A DNA stretch of 64,000 nucleotides from positions 88,226,001 to 88,290,000 of the forward strand of contig NC_043005.1 of the NCBI RefSeq assembly GCF_006345805.1. The letters are read 5' to 3'. Both the position numbers and the translations under genes were made by a program. Positions 1 to 13,243 of the stretch are shown here, piece after piece. The DNA comes from Octopus sinensis. Its lineage: Eukaryota. The notes below the pieces were generated by a model. The model saw only the letters and a program-made list of their open reading frames with translations, did no database searches and was not told the DNA's origin. The stretch's first letter is position 1. Each line of letters begins with the position of its first letter.

Positions 1-109
1 TTCGTTTATTGTCGCTAAGACATCATGGGCACCAAACGTTCTGTCCGATATAGTGTGTTGATACAGTCCAGATCGGCCATATCAGGGCTGCTTAAAACAA
101 AGCATCATT

Positions 110-718
110 TATTTAATTATTTAATTATTTATCTAATAAACATATTTATTTAATATATTTAATTATTTAATTATTTATTTAATTAGTATATTTATTTAAT
201 TTATTTAATTATTTATTTAATTCAGATATTTATTTAATTAATATATGTTTTTCATTATTTAATTATTTATTTAATTAGTATATTTATGTAATTTACTTAA
301 TTATCTAATTAATATATTTATGCTATTTATTTAATTTTTTATTATTTATTTAATTAAGATATTTATTTAATTATTTAATCATTTATTTAATTAAGATATT
401 TATTTAATTATTTAATTATTTATTTAATTAATATATTTATTCAATTTATTTAATTATTTATTTAATTAATGTATTTATTTAATTTATTTAATTTTTTATT
501 TATTTAATATATTTTTTTAATTAATTTAATTTTTTAATTAATTATTTAATTAATATATTTATCTTATTTATTTATTCATTTAATTATTTATTTAATTAAT
601 ATATTTTTTTAATTTATGTAATTATTTATTTATTTATTTAATTAATATATTTATTCAATTTATTTAATTATTTAATTATTTTTTTAATTAATATACTTAT
701 TTAATTTATTTAAATACT
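110..718. repeat. AT-rich degenerate tandem repeat, roughly (TTATTTAATTA)n
   Basis: About 600 bp made almost entirely of ttatttaatta/atatttattt variants. Confidence 0.85.
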
Positions 719-759
719 TCACTCATAGTTTTGGCATTTTTTTGGAGGGTGTCATTTTC

Positions 760-3030
760 ATAAAATAGAGGGTCAGCACCAGAGACAGCGACCTTGAGTT
801 TTGTCGCAACTTTGGGGTTGATTTTGATTTTCTCAACGACCTCTTTCTCCTCAGCTGTTCTTTGGTTATTGATAATCGTCTTCATGTATTGTTGGAGGTT
901 ATATTTTTTTAATTCGAGCGGAGTGATGGCCGTCGGATATATGTATGGCTGTAGGCAATATTTTAGTTTCTTAATTTTTTCTTTGTTCTTTTTATTTTTC
1001 TGATAATCGTTTTTCTGTTTTGGGGAATTCTTAACTTAGTTTTCTTCACAGGTCTTGGTAGGGTGTGTTCAGCACATATGTTTGTGACGGTGTCTACAAA
1101 GACCTTCCTAGATATTTTGGTGCTGGAGGAGGTGTGTGAAAGACCAGTCAACATGTGATTGACCATTTATGATTGCGTCCCAGTCGGGATCATAGAGATC
1201 CATTGTATCAAATGGATGGGCTGGAGAGAGGTCACTAGGATTAGCTTTCGGCTGGTGGAATCTCAGGTTACAGAGAACCATGTCATAGTCTGAAGGAAGG
1301 GTTTTTCTACTGAAATATTGTGTATTGTGTTAGTGTGGTTACTAAACACAAGGTCTGAAATGTTCTGAAATCTTATTGGTGTAAGCACAAGTTGCGGCAA
1401 GAGAAACTCATTCATAAGTCGAGAAGTGACTCTGCTGCTTCTTTGTCAGCAATTGAGGTAGGAATTCCTAATTTCAAACAGTTTGTAGACTATCAACATA
1501 GGGCAGATTAAAATCTCCCATTATAATTGTGTTATTACAAAGGCAATGTTGAATAAAGCATTTAATACTGTTGAGGCGTTCATTAAAGCGCAGTATGAGT
1601 GTTTGAGGAGACCTATTCAGCCTAACTACTATCAGGTCATTGGTTTTGTGGTGCACGGTGACCGATTCACAGTAGCCATTGGAGAATGTCTTGTTTCCAT
1701 CTGCCGAAAAGGAATCATGCAGGAAAATGGCAGTTCCATTCTTCCTTCTGGCGGCCCGATCCGCGCGGATGGTTGTGAAATTCCTCACTTTCACTTCAGC
1801 TTCCAAATGAGAGTTGTCAAGTTGGGTCTCGGTAAGAATGAAGAAAGGGATGTGGTGTGGATGGTCACCAACCCAATCCTCTATGAATTGGATCTTCCAT
1901 TTTTGTGTCTTGATGGGGGGACTGACACCATTTGCATTGAGTAGAAATGTGGAGGCCAGCGTAGTGGCGGGTTTTGACTGTTACAGGGGAGTGTGTGTTA
2001 GTGGCAGCAATGTGGGGAGGTGGTGCTCTGGGGTAACAACATAGGATTGTATTGAATGATGGCTAAAAGGTTTTTTTGTATCTCTTTTGTCAGATTCAAC
2101 ATGGCTAAAAAAGAATTTTCTTCCTTTAAGAGCTGTTTTTGACTGGAGGTGTGGTTACACGGTTGGATAGGGTTGTAGTTTCCACTTTTGTTGTGGTTTT
2201 TGTTGTTTTTTTGTCTTCGTGAAGAGACTGGACCAGCATTACTGTGGCAGGGGGTGTTTTTACTGTGATTTGTGTGTTGGCTCGGAGTACCATTTCTGTT
2301 GGTGCGTCAGGCCCTTGGAATATAAGTGAAGGGACAGTCATGCAACAGATAAAGTTTCTCGCATTGGGAATACTGGCAGATTCTTGTTAGAGTCGTGGGG
2401 GACAGATTCTGCTTCATAGATTTTTTAAGGCTTCTTTTTATACTACTGTAGGATTGAGGTGGCGATGTGGGGGAAGAAAGCAGTGGTTTCTTTTCAGTAT
2501 TTGAGGTGGAAGAAGACGATGGTGGCAGCGGTGGTGATGACGATGAAGATGACGATGACAATTGTGGTGGTTGCTGTGAGAGTGGTGAGTGAGAGAGAGA
2601 GGTTCAGTAAATCAGCCATTACGCTGGAATTTAGGAGCGGCTCTTCCTGTTGTTGCTGTTGCTTTTCTCTGGTCATAATTTTCTGGCTATTGTTGTTGTT
2701 GTTTCGCTTGTTGTTGTTCATGATTTCCTGGTTGTTGTCGGTGTTGTTGTTGTCGTTTTGCTTCTTATTGCTGTTCGTGATTTTCTGGTTGTTGTTGTTG
2801 CTGCTGCTGCTGTTGTTGTTGTTATTGTGCTTGACCAATATTTGAAGAGCAAATATATCGAAGTCTTTCAAAATGACCCTGAATTAGTTTGAAGAAAACT
2901 TCGATGTCCTTTAGCTTGCTGTGTATCGGCTCAACAGATGGCGTGTTTAGTATTTGCGCTGCTTTTTCGGCAATCTCGTTTAGATATGAAATGTTTATGT
3001 TTTCTGTTGGGAAAGAGAAAACCCATATGC
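760..3030 (-). mobile_element. Degraded CR1-like LINE, 5' part (ORF1 region plus APE endonuclease)
   Basis: Minus-strand ORF 1474-1806 reads RADRAARRKNGTAIFL...IIMGDFNLPYVD, typical APE motifs (RxDR..G.AI; GDFN). The upstream low-complexity region probably corresponds to ORF1. Ends are approximate. Confidence 0.65.
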
Positions 3031-3214
3031 TTATTAAGAGGTTAATTTCATTATGAGACCAATTTCGTTTCTTCTAAGTCTTCTGGTTAGTCACCATGGG
3101 TTTTTCCTCTAGGTTTTGTTTTGTTTCAGATACATGTATATATTCCTTCTTATGTGTGTGAGGCCTTGATTATCTGAAGATATTAAAGAAGTGTATAAAA
3201 GAAGTGTATATATA

Positions 3215-3635
3215 GGCGCAGGAGTGGCTGTTTGGTAAGTAGCTTGCTAACCAACCACATGGTTCCGGGTTCAGTCCCACTGCGTGGCATCTTGGGCAAG
3301 TGTCTTCTGCTATAGCCCCGGGCCGACCAATGCCTTGTGAGTGGATTTGGTAGACGGAAACTGAAAGAAGCCTGTCGTATATATGTATATATATATAAGT
3401 GTGTGTGAATATGTTTGTGTGTCTGTGTTTGTTCCCCTAGCATTGCTTGACAACCGATGATGGTGTGTTTACGTCCCTGTCACTTAGCGGTTCGGCAAAA
3501 GAGACCGATAGAATATGTACTGGGCTTACAAAGAATAAGTCCCGGGGTCGATTTGCTCGACTAAAGGCGGTGCTCCAGCATGGCCGCAGTCAAATGACTG
3601 AAACAAGTAAAAAGAGAAAAAAAGAAAAAAGAGAA
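3215..3635 (+). mobile_element. tRNA-derived SINE, family A, full length
   Basis: Head ggcgcaggagtggctgtttggtaag...ggttcagtccc has A/B-box-like motifs, followed by a central (TA)/(TG) tract and the tail ccagcatggccgcagtcaaatgactgaaac. Near-identical copy at 39574-39970. Confidence 0.85.
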
Positions 3636-4268
3636 AGATAGATATATTCTACATTATGGTTAAGGGCTTTGGGTTATTTGCCTATTTGTCGTTAAGTGAA
3701 AAAAATCTTACGAGTTTGTAGGTAAACTCGTGGTTACAAATATACATATATAAACGGTCAGTTTGGCTTCGTAGCTGTGTAGTTTGCTATTGACTTCGGC
3801 AGAGGGAAGCAAAACACCACTGTACACTTCAAGTGTTCATGAGTATACAACAGGCATCTTTCAGTTTCCATCTATCAAATCGACTCACAAGTCTTTGGTC
3901 AACCCGAGGCTATAGTAGAAGACATTTACCCAAGGTGCCTTGATGGATTTTTGAGTATATTAATTTGAATATTCCCTGAATTCAAATATGTCGATACAAC
4001 AGAAACGGTCGACGGCTTTCTTTGGAGAATTCAACAATTAAAGATGTGATTTTCTCTATCCCTAGTTTTGTGGTCTAATACTCTGAATTTCTTCAAATTC
4101 TTCTAAATGCTATTTAGATCTATTCGTCATCCATAAGGAATTACTTTCGACGTGTATTCTACTTGCATTGATTGGTGTCTAATTGCTGGATATTCTTAAC
4201 CAAATTCGGTTAAAGATGGGTGATTTATTGACATCTGCTTGGATTTTTAAATCCCTTTTTTCTTCTTA

Positions 4269-4306
<38 letters not shown>

Positions 4307-4324
4307 ATATATGTATGTATGTAT

Positions 4325-4520
4325 TATTCTTTTATACTATATGCACAAGGCCCGAAATGTTGGGGGAGGGGGCCAGTCGATTAGATCGACCTCAGTACGC
4401 AACTTAATTTATCGACCCCGAAAGGATGAAAGGCAAAGTCGACCTCGGCAGCATTTGAACTCAGATTGTAAAGACAGATGAAATACCGCTAAGCATTTCG
4501 CCCGGCGTGCTAACGTTCTG
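4325..4520 (-). mobile_element. SINE family B
   Basis: Shares gacctcggc..atttgaactcaga...gctaagcatttcgcccggcgtgctaacg with copies at 24813, 29217 and 55090. Confidence 0.8.
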
Positions 4521-4647
4521 TATGTATGTATGTATGTATGTATGTATGTATGTATGTATGTATGTATGTATGTATGCATGCATATCATATATCCCCTTTT
4601 TATATTATCATCTTCGTTATTGCTGTCATCATTGTTTCAAATACTAG

Positions 4648-4819
4648 CTGCTGAAGTGTCTTCGGTGGACAGTCGAATGAAATCTTCCATTGCCATCGAA
4701 ATGATGTTTGGCGTCGGATACGTAATCTTGTCTCTGCTGACTTACTTTGTGAGGACCTGGAGGACTTTGATGATCATAATATCCATCCCGTCACTGGTGC
4801 TCGCTACCACCTATCTCTG
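4648..4819 (+). CDS. SLC22/Orct-like organic cation transporter, gene 1, internal exon
   Basis: Acceptor atactag|ct and donor ctctg|gtaagt (phase 1 to 2). Encodes AEVSSVDSRMKSSIAIEMMFGVGYVILSLLTYFVRTWRTLMIIISIPSLVLATTYL, the SLC22 TM4-TM6 region (E...R loop, 'WR.L' motif). Confidence 0.88.
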
Positions 4820-4889
4820 GTAAGTATGCATATGTGTACGCATTCATATATGGGTATATGGTCAATGGATTTATGTAAATGTGACTGCA

Positions 4890-4955
<66 letters not shown>

Positions 4956-5679
4956 TGGATTTAAGTATGTGTGGGTGTATGGATGTATATTTCTATATCT
5001 GTATGGGTGGATGTATGGATAGATGGATGGATTTCTCTGTGTGTATGCGCGTGTATGTTTGTGTGTGTGTGTGTGGACATGTGTGCATGTAGGTACAAAC
5101 CGTCACGTAAGCTGGTGGCCACTAAACTTGCAACCCTAACAAGCTCGCTTGGGAAGGAGGGTGGGGGTGGGGTTTGTTTATATTAGACACCCTCCAGGAT
5201 GAGAAGCAAAACCCGTCAAAGGACAGCTGAGGGTGAGAAACCCTTAATCTTTGTTTAGATATCTCTCTAGGGGAAGGAAAACTTTGATCTAACCCCTGTA
5301 CCTTCGTTTGAATCCAATTATGTAGATTTGTTCTTCTTTTGGGGCGAAAGCATTCGATGTTTAGAGACGAGTAACTTAAGAAGCTTTAAATACAGGCTTC
5401 ACCTGACTTTTAAACATCTTTATTAACATCAAAGATACAGGTGTGGCTGTGTGGTATGACGTTTGCTTCCCAACCACATGGTTCTGGGTTCAGTTTCACT
5501 GTATGGCACCTTGAACAAATGTCTATTAACTTATTTGTCTGTATGTATGTATGTATGTATGTATGTATGTATGTATGTATGTATGTATGTATGTATGTAT
5601 GTATGCATGTATGTATCAGAGTGTGTGTTCATATATGTGTGTGTGCATGTGGTTGTATTTTCCGTTTTCTATTTGCAAG

Positions 5680-5892
5680 TTTCCTGGACGAGTCTCCCCG
5701 ATGGCTCCTCAATAAAAAGAGAACAAAAGATGCCAACATAATTCTTAGCAACATCGCCAAACTGAATAAAACAATTTTGCCTCAAACAGAAATCGTCAAC
5801 ATTTTCTCATCGAACAACAAAAATGTAGAAATCTGGAAAATGTTTACCATTCCTCAGCTTCTAAAACGGACCCTAATTTTGATGCTAAACTG
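5680..5892 (+). CDS. SLC22-like gene 1, internal exon (central cytoplasmic loop)
   Basis: Acceptor ttgcaag|t and donor aactg|gtgagt (phase 2 to 2). Encodes FLDESPRWLLNKKRTKDANIILSNIAKLNK...LLKRTLILMLNW, containing the ESPRWL family motif. Confidence 0.92.
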
Positions 5893-6167
5893 GTGAGTGA
5901 TATTACATTTACCATTTTCTGTGTGTTCTTTATCTTTTATCGTTTACTTGTTTCAGACATTTGACTGGTGCCATGCTGGGGCACCGCCTTGAAAAACTTT
6001 AACTTGAATTAATTGACCCCACAGAACATTTTTATGCCTGGTGCTGATTCTGCTGATTTCTTTTAAACCATTAAGTTATAGGGACATAAACAAACCGGCA
6101 CTGGTCGTAAAGTGGTGGTGGTGGTGGTGGTGGATATAAATACATACACAAAGACACACACATATAG

Positions 6168-6218
<51 letters not shown>

Positions 6219-7546
6219 ATATCTGTGTGTATGTATATATATATATATATATGTATGTATGTGTGTATATATATGCATGTATGATCTGTATACATATATA
6301 TATATTAATATTTGATTAACGGAATATGGAAGGTACGAAAATGTTTGTTAATCACTACAGTTCTTTCTACCCATCTAGCATCGGTCCCTCATGGCTGGAA
6401 TTCTGAACATCTGATTTAGGTGTATCTATCAATGTAGATGTGTCTTTTCGGGTGATTTCAATAGGTATCTCGCTAAAATAAACTCTGTTTCATAAGATCC
6501 CTTCTCGGCCTTCGTGTATAGAAATGCCAAATTAAGTTATACACCTTCATTCTTATAGAAGATCCATAACAAATATCAAATACGTAAAGAAACAAATACA
6601 CAATATAGCAAAAACGTATATACATATATGATGGGCTTCTTTCAGTTTCCGTCTATCAAGGCCACTCACATGACTTTGGTCAGTCCATGATTAGGGTAGA
6701 AGACACTTGACCAAGGTACCGCGCACTAGGACTGAACTTGGAGCCATGTGGTTGGGGAGCAAGCTTCTTACCACGCAGCCATGCACGCACCTATATTGAT
6801 CAGAATGATGCAGATATTTGTGGCAGTTTTCTTGCAAGAAATTCATGTGGAGTTAAACTTGAAAGAATATCAAAGATACTAAGTGTGCGAGGATGCTTAC
6901 ATGAAGATGAAATAAAGGAATTCTTTTTAGAGCAAAGCAAAGAAGGATAAAATGAGAAGTAAAAACTTAGTTGACCCTTTTGATATCAACCCACATGAGA
7001 ATGTCCCTTGTTGTATCATACAGACTTCCTGTTTGATCTCATTTGAAATTTTCCATTAAAAGTTCATGTTTATTTGTGTTCCAGTCTTAATTACGGGCAA
7101 CTCATTTTATTAAATTCTTCTTTATTTTCAAAATTAATTGAAACAAAACTAACATTTTAAAACAAAACCATGGTAACGAAAGGGTTAAATCTGAACAAGC
7201 TCTCTGAAGACTTCACAGGCCCTCAACCACATCCCTGCTCACCGCTATCAGGGTGGATACAGCTATCCGCAAGTGTGAGGTCAGAGTGGCTGTTCCAGTG
7301 CATCTGGGGCAACACCTTTTCTATTTTGTCTGCGGGGGACCATGAGGCGAACTGACAAACTGTTACAGTAGTTGTCTTGTTGTCTATATTAGACAATTAG
7401 TTGTATAACTTTACTTGCTGTTGGTTTCAATGTTCAAATTATCATAATTCTCTCTAAGAAATTACGTAGCCATCTAACCAGGGTTTGATCTGCAATTTTT
7501 GTGCATTTTTGTACATTGTATAAAATCTTTCATTTCTTTTCTATAG

Positions 7547-7773
7547 GGTGGTTGTGAGCATGGTATATTTCGGCCTTACTCTTAATGTCGGCAAATTGTA
7601 TGGCAATTTCTATATGAATTTTTTTTTTAATTCGGTTGTCGAGTTTCCGGCCTACATTCTGTGCCTCCTTCTGTTAAATCGTATCGGAAGAAAAAAATTG
7701 CATAGTAGCCAGATGGTTTTGGCTGGAGTCACTTGTATTGCTGCGATATTTCCCGTCCTCTATGGCACAAAAG
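7547..7773 (+). CDS. SLC22-like gene 1, internal exon (TM7-TM9)
   Basis: Acceptor ttttctatag|g and donor aaag|gtaaac (phase 2 to 1). Encodes VVVSMVYFGLTLNVGKLYGNFYMNFFFNSVVEFPAYILCLLLLNRIGRKK..., with the 'VYYGL', 'VEFPA' and MFS 'xRxGRK' motifs. Confidence 0.93.
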
Positions 7774-7799
7774 GTAAACAAATCAATATTATTGTTGTT

Positions 7800-9890
7800 G
7801 TTTTTTCTTTTTATCACAGGTTTTGTTAGAACTGGTACTTTGCATGCGTAGCGGGCTTTCTAACTACAACCTACGGTACAATGCTATCCGGTCTTTACAG
7901 CTATCTAGTACTTTCCTGATTATTCTGGCCGGGCTAAGGAGGCAAACATTTTGTAACAGTTCTACGGGGCACTTTATTACAATTTCCTTTATATGCCCCT
8001 TCATGCCATCGGATTTTGTTCCCCAAACCCAACAATAATTGGCATTATCTTCAACGTCTTCATTTTCCATAGTCGGACGATTTCGTACTTAAAAGGGTTG
8101 TATTTATGTTTTCGCCTTCCTTCTTGACTATTCGTTGGTAAAAAAGACATGCTACATCAACTATATAGCACATATGGTGCATCTTGTTGACCACCACTAG
8201 TTTAGGTCTGTTATGCCCTAGCACCTGATCTGTTTGGGTTGGAAAATCCCAGAGGGATTTGCAAGTCTCCAACTCCGCCACTCTCTTCGGTTTGTGCTCA
8301 TACCACGTCTTGCCTCTCTCTAGCCCCCACTTTTCGCGCAGTGTCCAGTGTAGCACTTTCACTACCTGGTCGTGTCGCCACAACTTGCAGTAGTTTGGGG
8401 CAAGTCTAGGACATTCGTTCCTCATATGGACAATTGTTTCATCCACTCTATTACAGATGCGGCACAGCAGAGACTCTTGCTCATAAGGTTGATCCTCCAA
8501 TTCATGGCCAAAGCTTGGTCTTGCACTGCCAGTATAGTGCTCCGGTCTCTTTTTTTAGGGTTCATTTCATCAGCCAATCCCACCTATTTTCCAGCAACTT
8601 CTGTTGTGGTTCCATGGAACTCACTGTGTAGTCCATTCTTTCGTAATGCTTCTTCATGTCCGTTTTTTACTTCTTACTTTGTTTCTCCTTTCTTCTCTGC
8701 TCTCAATATTCCCCGCTTCCTAAATGTCACCAGCAAGGTTTCCTTACTTTCGACTAGGTAATCTCATTAAACTCTCGAGTTCGATACGCACGCAGATCTT
8801 CCACACTTATCAGTCCCCTTCCTCCATTTGCTCTCTTCGTGTAATGGCAATAAGTGTCTGCACGTGGATGATGGGCTCCATGCATCATTAGGAGCTTTCT
8901 TGACTTCTTGTCCCTCTCATTTAGCTTCTCCTCTGTCCACTTCAGGATTCCAGTGCCATATCGAACTACTGCGACTGCGCATGAGTTTACTGCCGGATTT
9001 AGGTTTCTGACATTCAACTTTGAAGCCAATATTTTTCTCACTCGCCACAGGTACTCTCTTTTTGTCTTTCTCTTCAAGCCGTTGTGTTTGATTCCATCTG
9101 CCTCAGATATTCCCAGGTATCTATAGCAGGATTTAGGTTAAATTACCTTCATCAGCAATCTATATGCTGCAACAACAACAGCCCGAGTAATCTTGATAGT
9201 TTCAATTATATTTTTCGTCTAGAACAGCCCAAGGACCGAATCTGTCTTTTCAGTTTCAACTTTGAGCTTACGTCGATTAATGCACCTCAGATTGGGGATC
9301 CTTCATCCTGGTCTTCTCTAATACATCAGCACAGCATCCTCACTATATCTTGTCAGTCATCATCGTATCCTTGTGCTATAGCTCTTCCTATTACTTCTGC
9401 TTCATTTCTTGAGAATGCATTTACATTTACACTTTGTTCTATGTCTTCGCTGCCGTTATTTATTTCTCTGTTCTCGCTGGGAACGTTATCCGTTCGAGAA
9501 GTATTATTTCTATTTTCTACTTTCCTTTCTATCTCTTCAATTTCCATATCTGTCAACCACCCTTTTGCTCTTATTGTTCTTGCCTGGCCGGCTAGCCGTT
9601 GCCCGCTTATTTCAAAGAGTCCTATTTCATTCCATTTTGCTTTCATGTGTTGTCGAAATCCCCTTCTCCTGGGTTCACTCTTCATCCAGCATTCAATTAC
9701 CGTTCAGTTTGTCTCCTTATCCCACCTTCTTCTCTGCCTCTGGCTTTGTGTATAAGCAGTCCCTGGATGACGACCGGCCCTGCGCTGCTCAATCACAGGC
9801 CACCTTCCGGGCGAAAGGCTTTCACTTTTGTTTCCAATCTTTTAGTAAACATTTTCTCTCAACATTGATGTTTGTGTTTTAAGATTAACC
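7800..9890 (-). mobile_element. R4/Dong-type non-LTR retrotransposon (RLE clade), internally deleted, antisense in an SLC22 intron
   Basis: N-terminus KWNEIGLFEISGQRLAGQARTIRAKGWL (9353-9685); post-RT region RRANGGRGL-like (8754-9077); CCHC knuckle CRICNRVDETIVH..C and RLE region WDF..TDQ....NRP.LVVV (8060-8500). Most of the RT core is missing. Confidence 0.85.
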
Positions 9891-10687
9891 ACCAAGTGGT
9901 ATTGTGAATGAGACTAGGGAGATGAAAACTGTAGAGAAGCCCGCATATCGAAATCAGCCATTCTACCACAATATTGAATAATAAAACTTCCATTTAATCC
10001 GGTCTTTCCATTATTTTATCCAAACTCTTTTAGTATGTCAGAATCATTGCTGCACCAGACAAAATGCTTAGTGGCATTTCTTCTGGTTTGTGTTCTGGGT
10101 TCAAATCCTGACATGGTCGTTCTTGCCTTTCATTCTTTTACGATCAAAAAGCTAAAGAACCAGTCAAGCACTGGATTCGATGTAATGTTCCATATGGTCA
10201 AATGGTTCCTTGCTCCGAGTTTCAGTGGGGTCACAAGTTCCCATGTGGTCTCCAGTCACATGCATACACACACTTTGGGATTGTGGGATCCATAACAGCT
10301 CATCTTGCTGTTGATTGTTGACCATCGCAGAGGATCCACTGACCAAGTCTCTGCCAATTATTGAAGGAGACATAGCCTGGGTTCCAAGGGAGTTTCTAGA
10401 GACATGCTTCAAAAAAAGCTAAGGGGTCACTCACTCCTTGTGGGCTTCCAGCATGCTGGGTAGCAACCCACAATTTGTGAGGGCCTGTGCTTTGTGAATG
10501 TGACTGGGTAGATGAAAACTGTAGTGAAGCCCACTTATAGAGGTTATGTACAGCTGAATCAGCCATTGTGTTTTTTTTGATTTTACCTGAAAATTATATT
10601 AAGGGTCCACATGTCTGTGAAATACCGAAAGGGATTTTTTTGTTGTTTTTACTTAAGAATTCTGTCTTTTATCTTTTTCTTTTTCAG

Positions 10688-10869
10688 CCCATCGATGGAT
10701 GGTAACTGCCAGTTCGATATTAGGCCGTTTGTTTATCGCTGCAGCTTTTGGAATCGTATATTTATACACTTTGGAATTATATCCAACTTGTATAAGAAAC
10801 GCTGCATTGGGGGCTTTGTCCACCTTTGCCCGTGTTGGTGGGGTTTTGGCACCTTACACTTTCAATCTA
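10688..10869 (+). CDS. SLC22-like gene 1, internal exon (TM10-TM11)
   Basis: Acceptor ttttcag|cc and donor aatcta|gtaagt (phase 1 to 0). Encodes HRWMVTASSILGRLFIAAAFGIVYLYTLELYPTCIRNAALGALSTFARVGGVLAPYTFNL, containing the ELYPT..R..A.G signature. Confidence 0.94.
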
Positions 10870-11049
10870 GTAAGTATTTAGATTCTTTCAGACTTGCTAT
10901 TTGTTTTGTTGTTCGCCCCTTTTGTTAGTCCACCCATCGTGAAACCAGCACAACTAGTAAAGAGACGGAGCTAGGCTTATCTTTCTATGGATTTACATAA
11001 CAACATACGAATAAAGAAATATTATCCATTAGACCAGGCACAATGGCTA

Positions 11050-11700
11050 TAAACTTTTTGTTACCGTATTTGGGATGAAATACTCTGTATTTGTTGTGTA
11101 AATGACCGTGGGAAGTGAATTGACGAGAATGGCTCCTTTGTACATGACACGGTCGATACAAGGAAAAGATAAATGCGTATATGAGCTAGAAGGAAAAGAC
11201 AGACACAACCGGGTAGAATGTTTAAGAAAAGATTTTATTGATAGGTTAACATGTGTGTCTGTGTGTGCGTCACATATACATAATATACAGGCCATCATGA
11301 GAACAAAGTGTGTGTGTACAAACATGGATGTATGCGTGTGCGATAAGTACAAAGCGTTGAAAGAATCTATAACATGACGTTAGAAGAATGTTCAGACACA
11401 AGGATGATAAATACCAGTGCGTAGTCAAGGTACATGATAGTTGAAATGCTGTAACAAGAAGTTGAGGCGAAGAAGCAGAGCCTGTGCGGTACGTGTCGTA
11501 CAAGAAGTTGTGGCTACGATGCTGCTGCCGGTCACTTGGTACAAGGATTTCTCGCAGGTTGTATTTGCTGTTAGCCATGGTGAAGTGATTCACGAACAGT
11601 GTTGTGTTGGAATCTGTGCGAATGTTGCTTATTGCTGTGTACGTAGAGAGATGGTGTTGAGAGATGATAAGTGTGCTTGTTCAGTAATGATCTGGGGCCA
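11050..11700 (-). mobile_element. Possible degraded L2/Crack-like LINE 3' fragment
   Basis: Minus-strand fragments 'LLVTA...YLDYA' and 'YKGAILVNSLP' resemble the C-terminal 'LDYC' and 'Y.G..LWNSLP' motifs of CR1/L2-group ORF2. Heavily frameshifted. Confidence 0.4.
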
Positions 11701-11763
11701 AACAACAAAATAAACAAAACATGCTTTTAAATTGCTGTCCCTTTTTCTGTATTTTTTTTTCAG

Positions 11764-11931
11764 TCAGATTTGGTTCCTGGCAAGGTTGGTCGAATACTGC
11801 CGATGGTTCTTATGGGAGCACTTTCTGTAATCGCGGGGCTATTGTCATTGTTGTTACCCGAAACAAACAACCGGAAAATGATGGACAACTTCAATGATTT
11901 GACCAAATCTGGACAAATGGAGTTAGTGTAG
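11764..11931 (+). CDS. SLC22-like gene 1, terminal coding exon (TM12, stop TAG)
   Basis: Acceptor tttttcag|tca (phase 0). Encodes SDLVPGKVGRILPMVLMGALSVIAGLLSLLLPETNNRKMMDNFNDLTKSGQMELV*, containing the LLPET signature. Confidence 0.92.
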   Translation, partial: SDLVPGKVGRILPMVLMGALSVIAGLLSLLLPETNNRKMMDNFNDLTKSGQMELV

Positions 11932-11954
11932 GTGTCTCTCATGTGATTTAAACA

Positions 11955-12185
11955 TCATCCTTGTCAACACCATCATCATCATAACACTCAGTAGTAGCAT
12001 CATGATTGTCATCATCATCATCATTACCGTTTTCATCAACATAACCATCACCATCGCCAATGTAATTATCATCTCCATTATCAACATCATTGCTATCATC
12101 ATCATCATCGTTGTCATCATTATCACCATCATAACCATCACCATCAGCTGCATAATAATTATCATCACCATCATCATCATTATGA
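11955..12185. repeat. Degenerate (ATC)n microsatellite
   Basis: catcat/catcac repeats directly after the gene 1 stop codon; source of spurious poly-I/D/M ORFs. Confidence 0.85.
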
Positions 12186-13203
12186 ACCAAGAAGCCAGCC
12201 TTTAATCGATCATTCGACTTGCTAGAAATTACACCCTGTCACCTTAAAGAAAAAGAAGGACGCGTTGAATATTGAGGCATAATGGTCAGAAAACAAAGCA
12301 GATTGTTTAAGGGTGGAATGCTTTTGACCCTAGGTTTCTTCAGTCAGAAATAATCTGGGTTAATTGGTGGCAGTTTTTTGTTTGTTAAGGGTCTGAGCCC
12401 ATAGCCATTGTGGAACTCTTCAACTTTGGTAACTCTGATGCCGTTAGCATTTCTCTTGTTGTGTTGTAAGTGAATGGCCACTGGGAGAAAGTGCCAGAAG
12501 AACAATGTCCTGGAGAGGAAAGATTAACTGTTGTTGTTAGCAGTGCTGTAGCATGGGCAAGACCAAAGGACAGTTACTATGGACTCAAAATTCTTAGAGG
12601 TACAAAATCCCAAAAGAAAAATTAAAGTGGCTGTGTGGTAGTTTGTACACACACACTTTGTTATAGCCTCGTGCCAACCAAAGCCTTATGAATTGATTTG
12701 GTGGACAGAAACTGTATGAAGCCTGCTGTATGTATAGATAGATATAGTAAGTTTTTGATGATTTTACCCCTATTGGATCTACAAATAACATATATGTATG
12801 TGTGTGTGTATAGAAGAAGAAAAAGGAAATGGAGATTGGGAAGTTAAGAATTGTTTATCATTAACAACTAATCAATTATCATCCCTTACAGCTGTTTCAA
12901 TTATTACTCTGGGAATATCAATTAAATATTAAATTCATATGACCTGAGCATAACTTCAGAATAAAAATATATACCAATGGCTGTCTTATATGTGTTTATG
13001 GAATCACTATAGCAGACTTTTATATGAATATAAGCTATGTTTTTGTATATACCTATTATTTTAAGGAAATTAATCTTTTATTTATATTTTAAGGAAATAT
13101 TACGTATTGAATCAGTACTTCCCTGGATGAAACCATCCCCACATGAGATTAACACAACCTTTAATCGAATATATATATATACACACACACACTCACGTGT
13201 GTG

Positions 13204-13243
<40 letters not shown>

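Noticed and set aside
12870-12960. Hammerhead-like relic on the minus strand (CUGAAGU...GAAA-CAGCUG-UA)
   Set aside because: Core A9 is lost and stems I and II do not pair well; treated as a decayed copy, not a feature.
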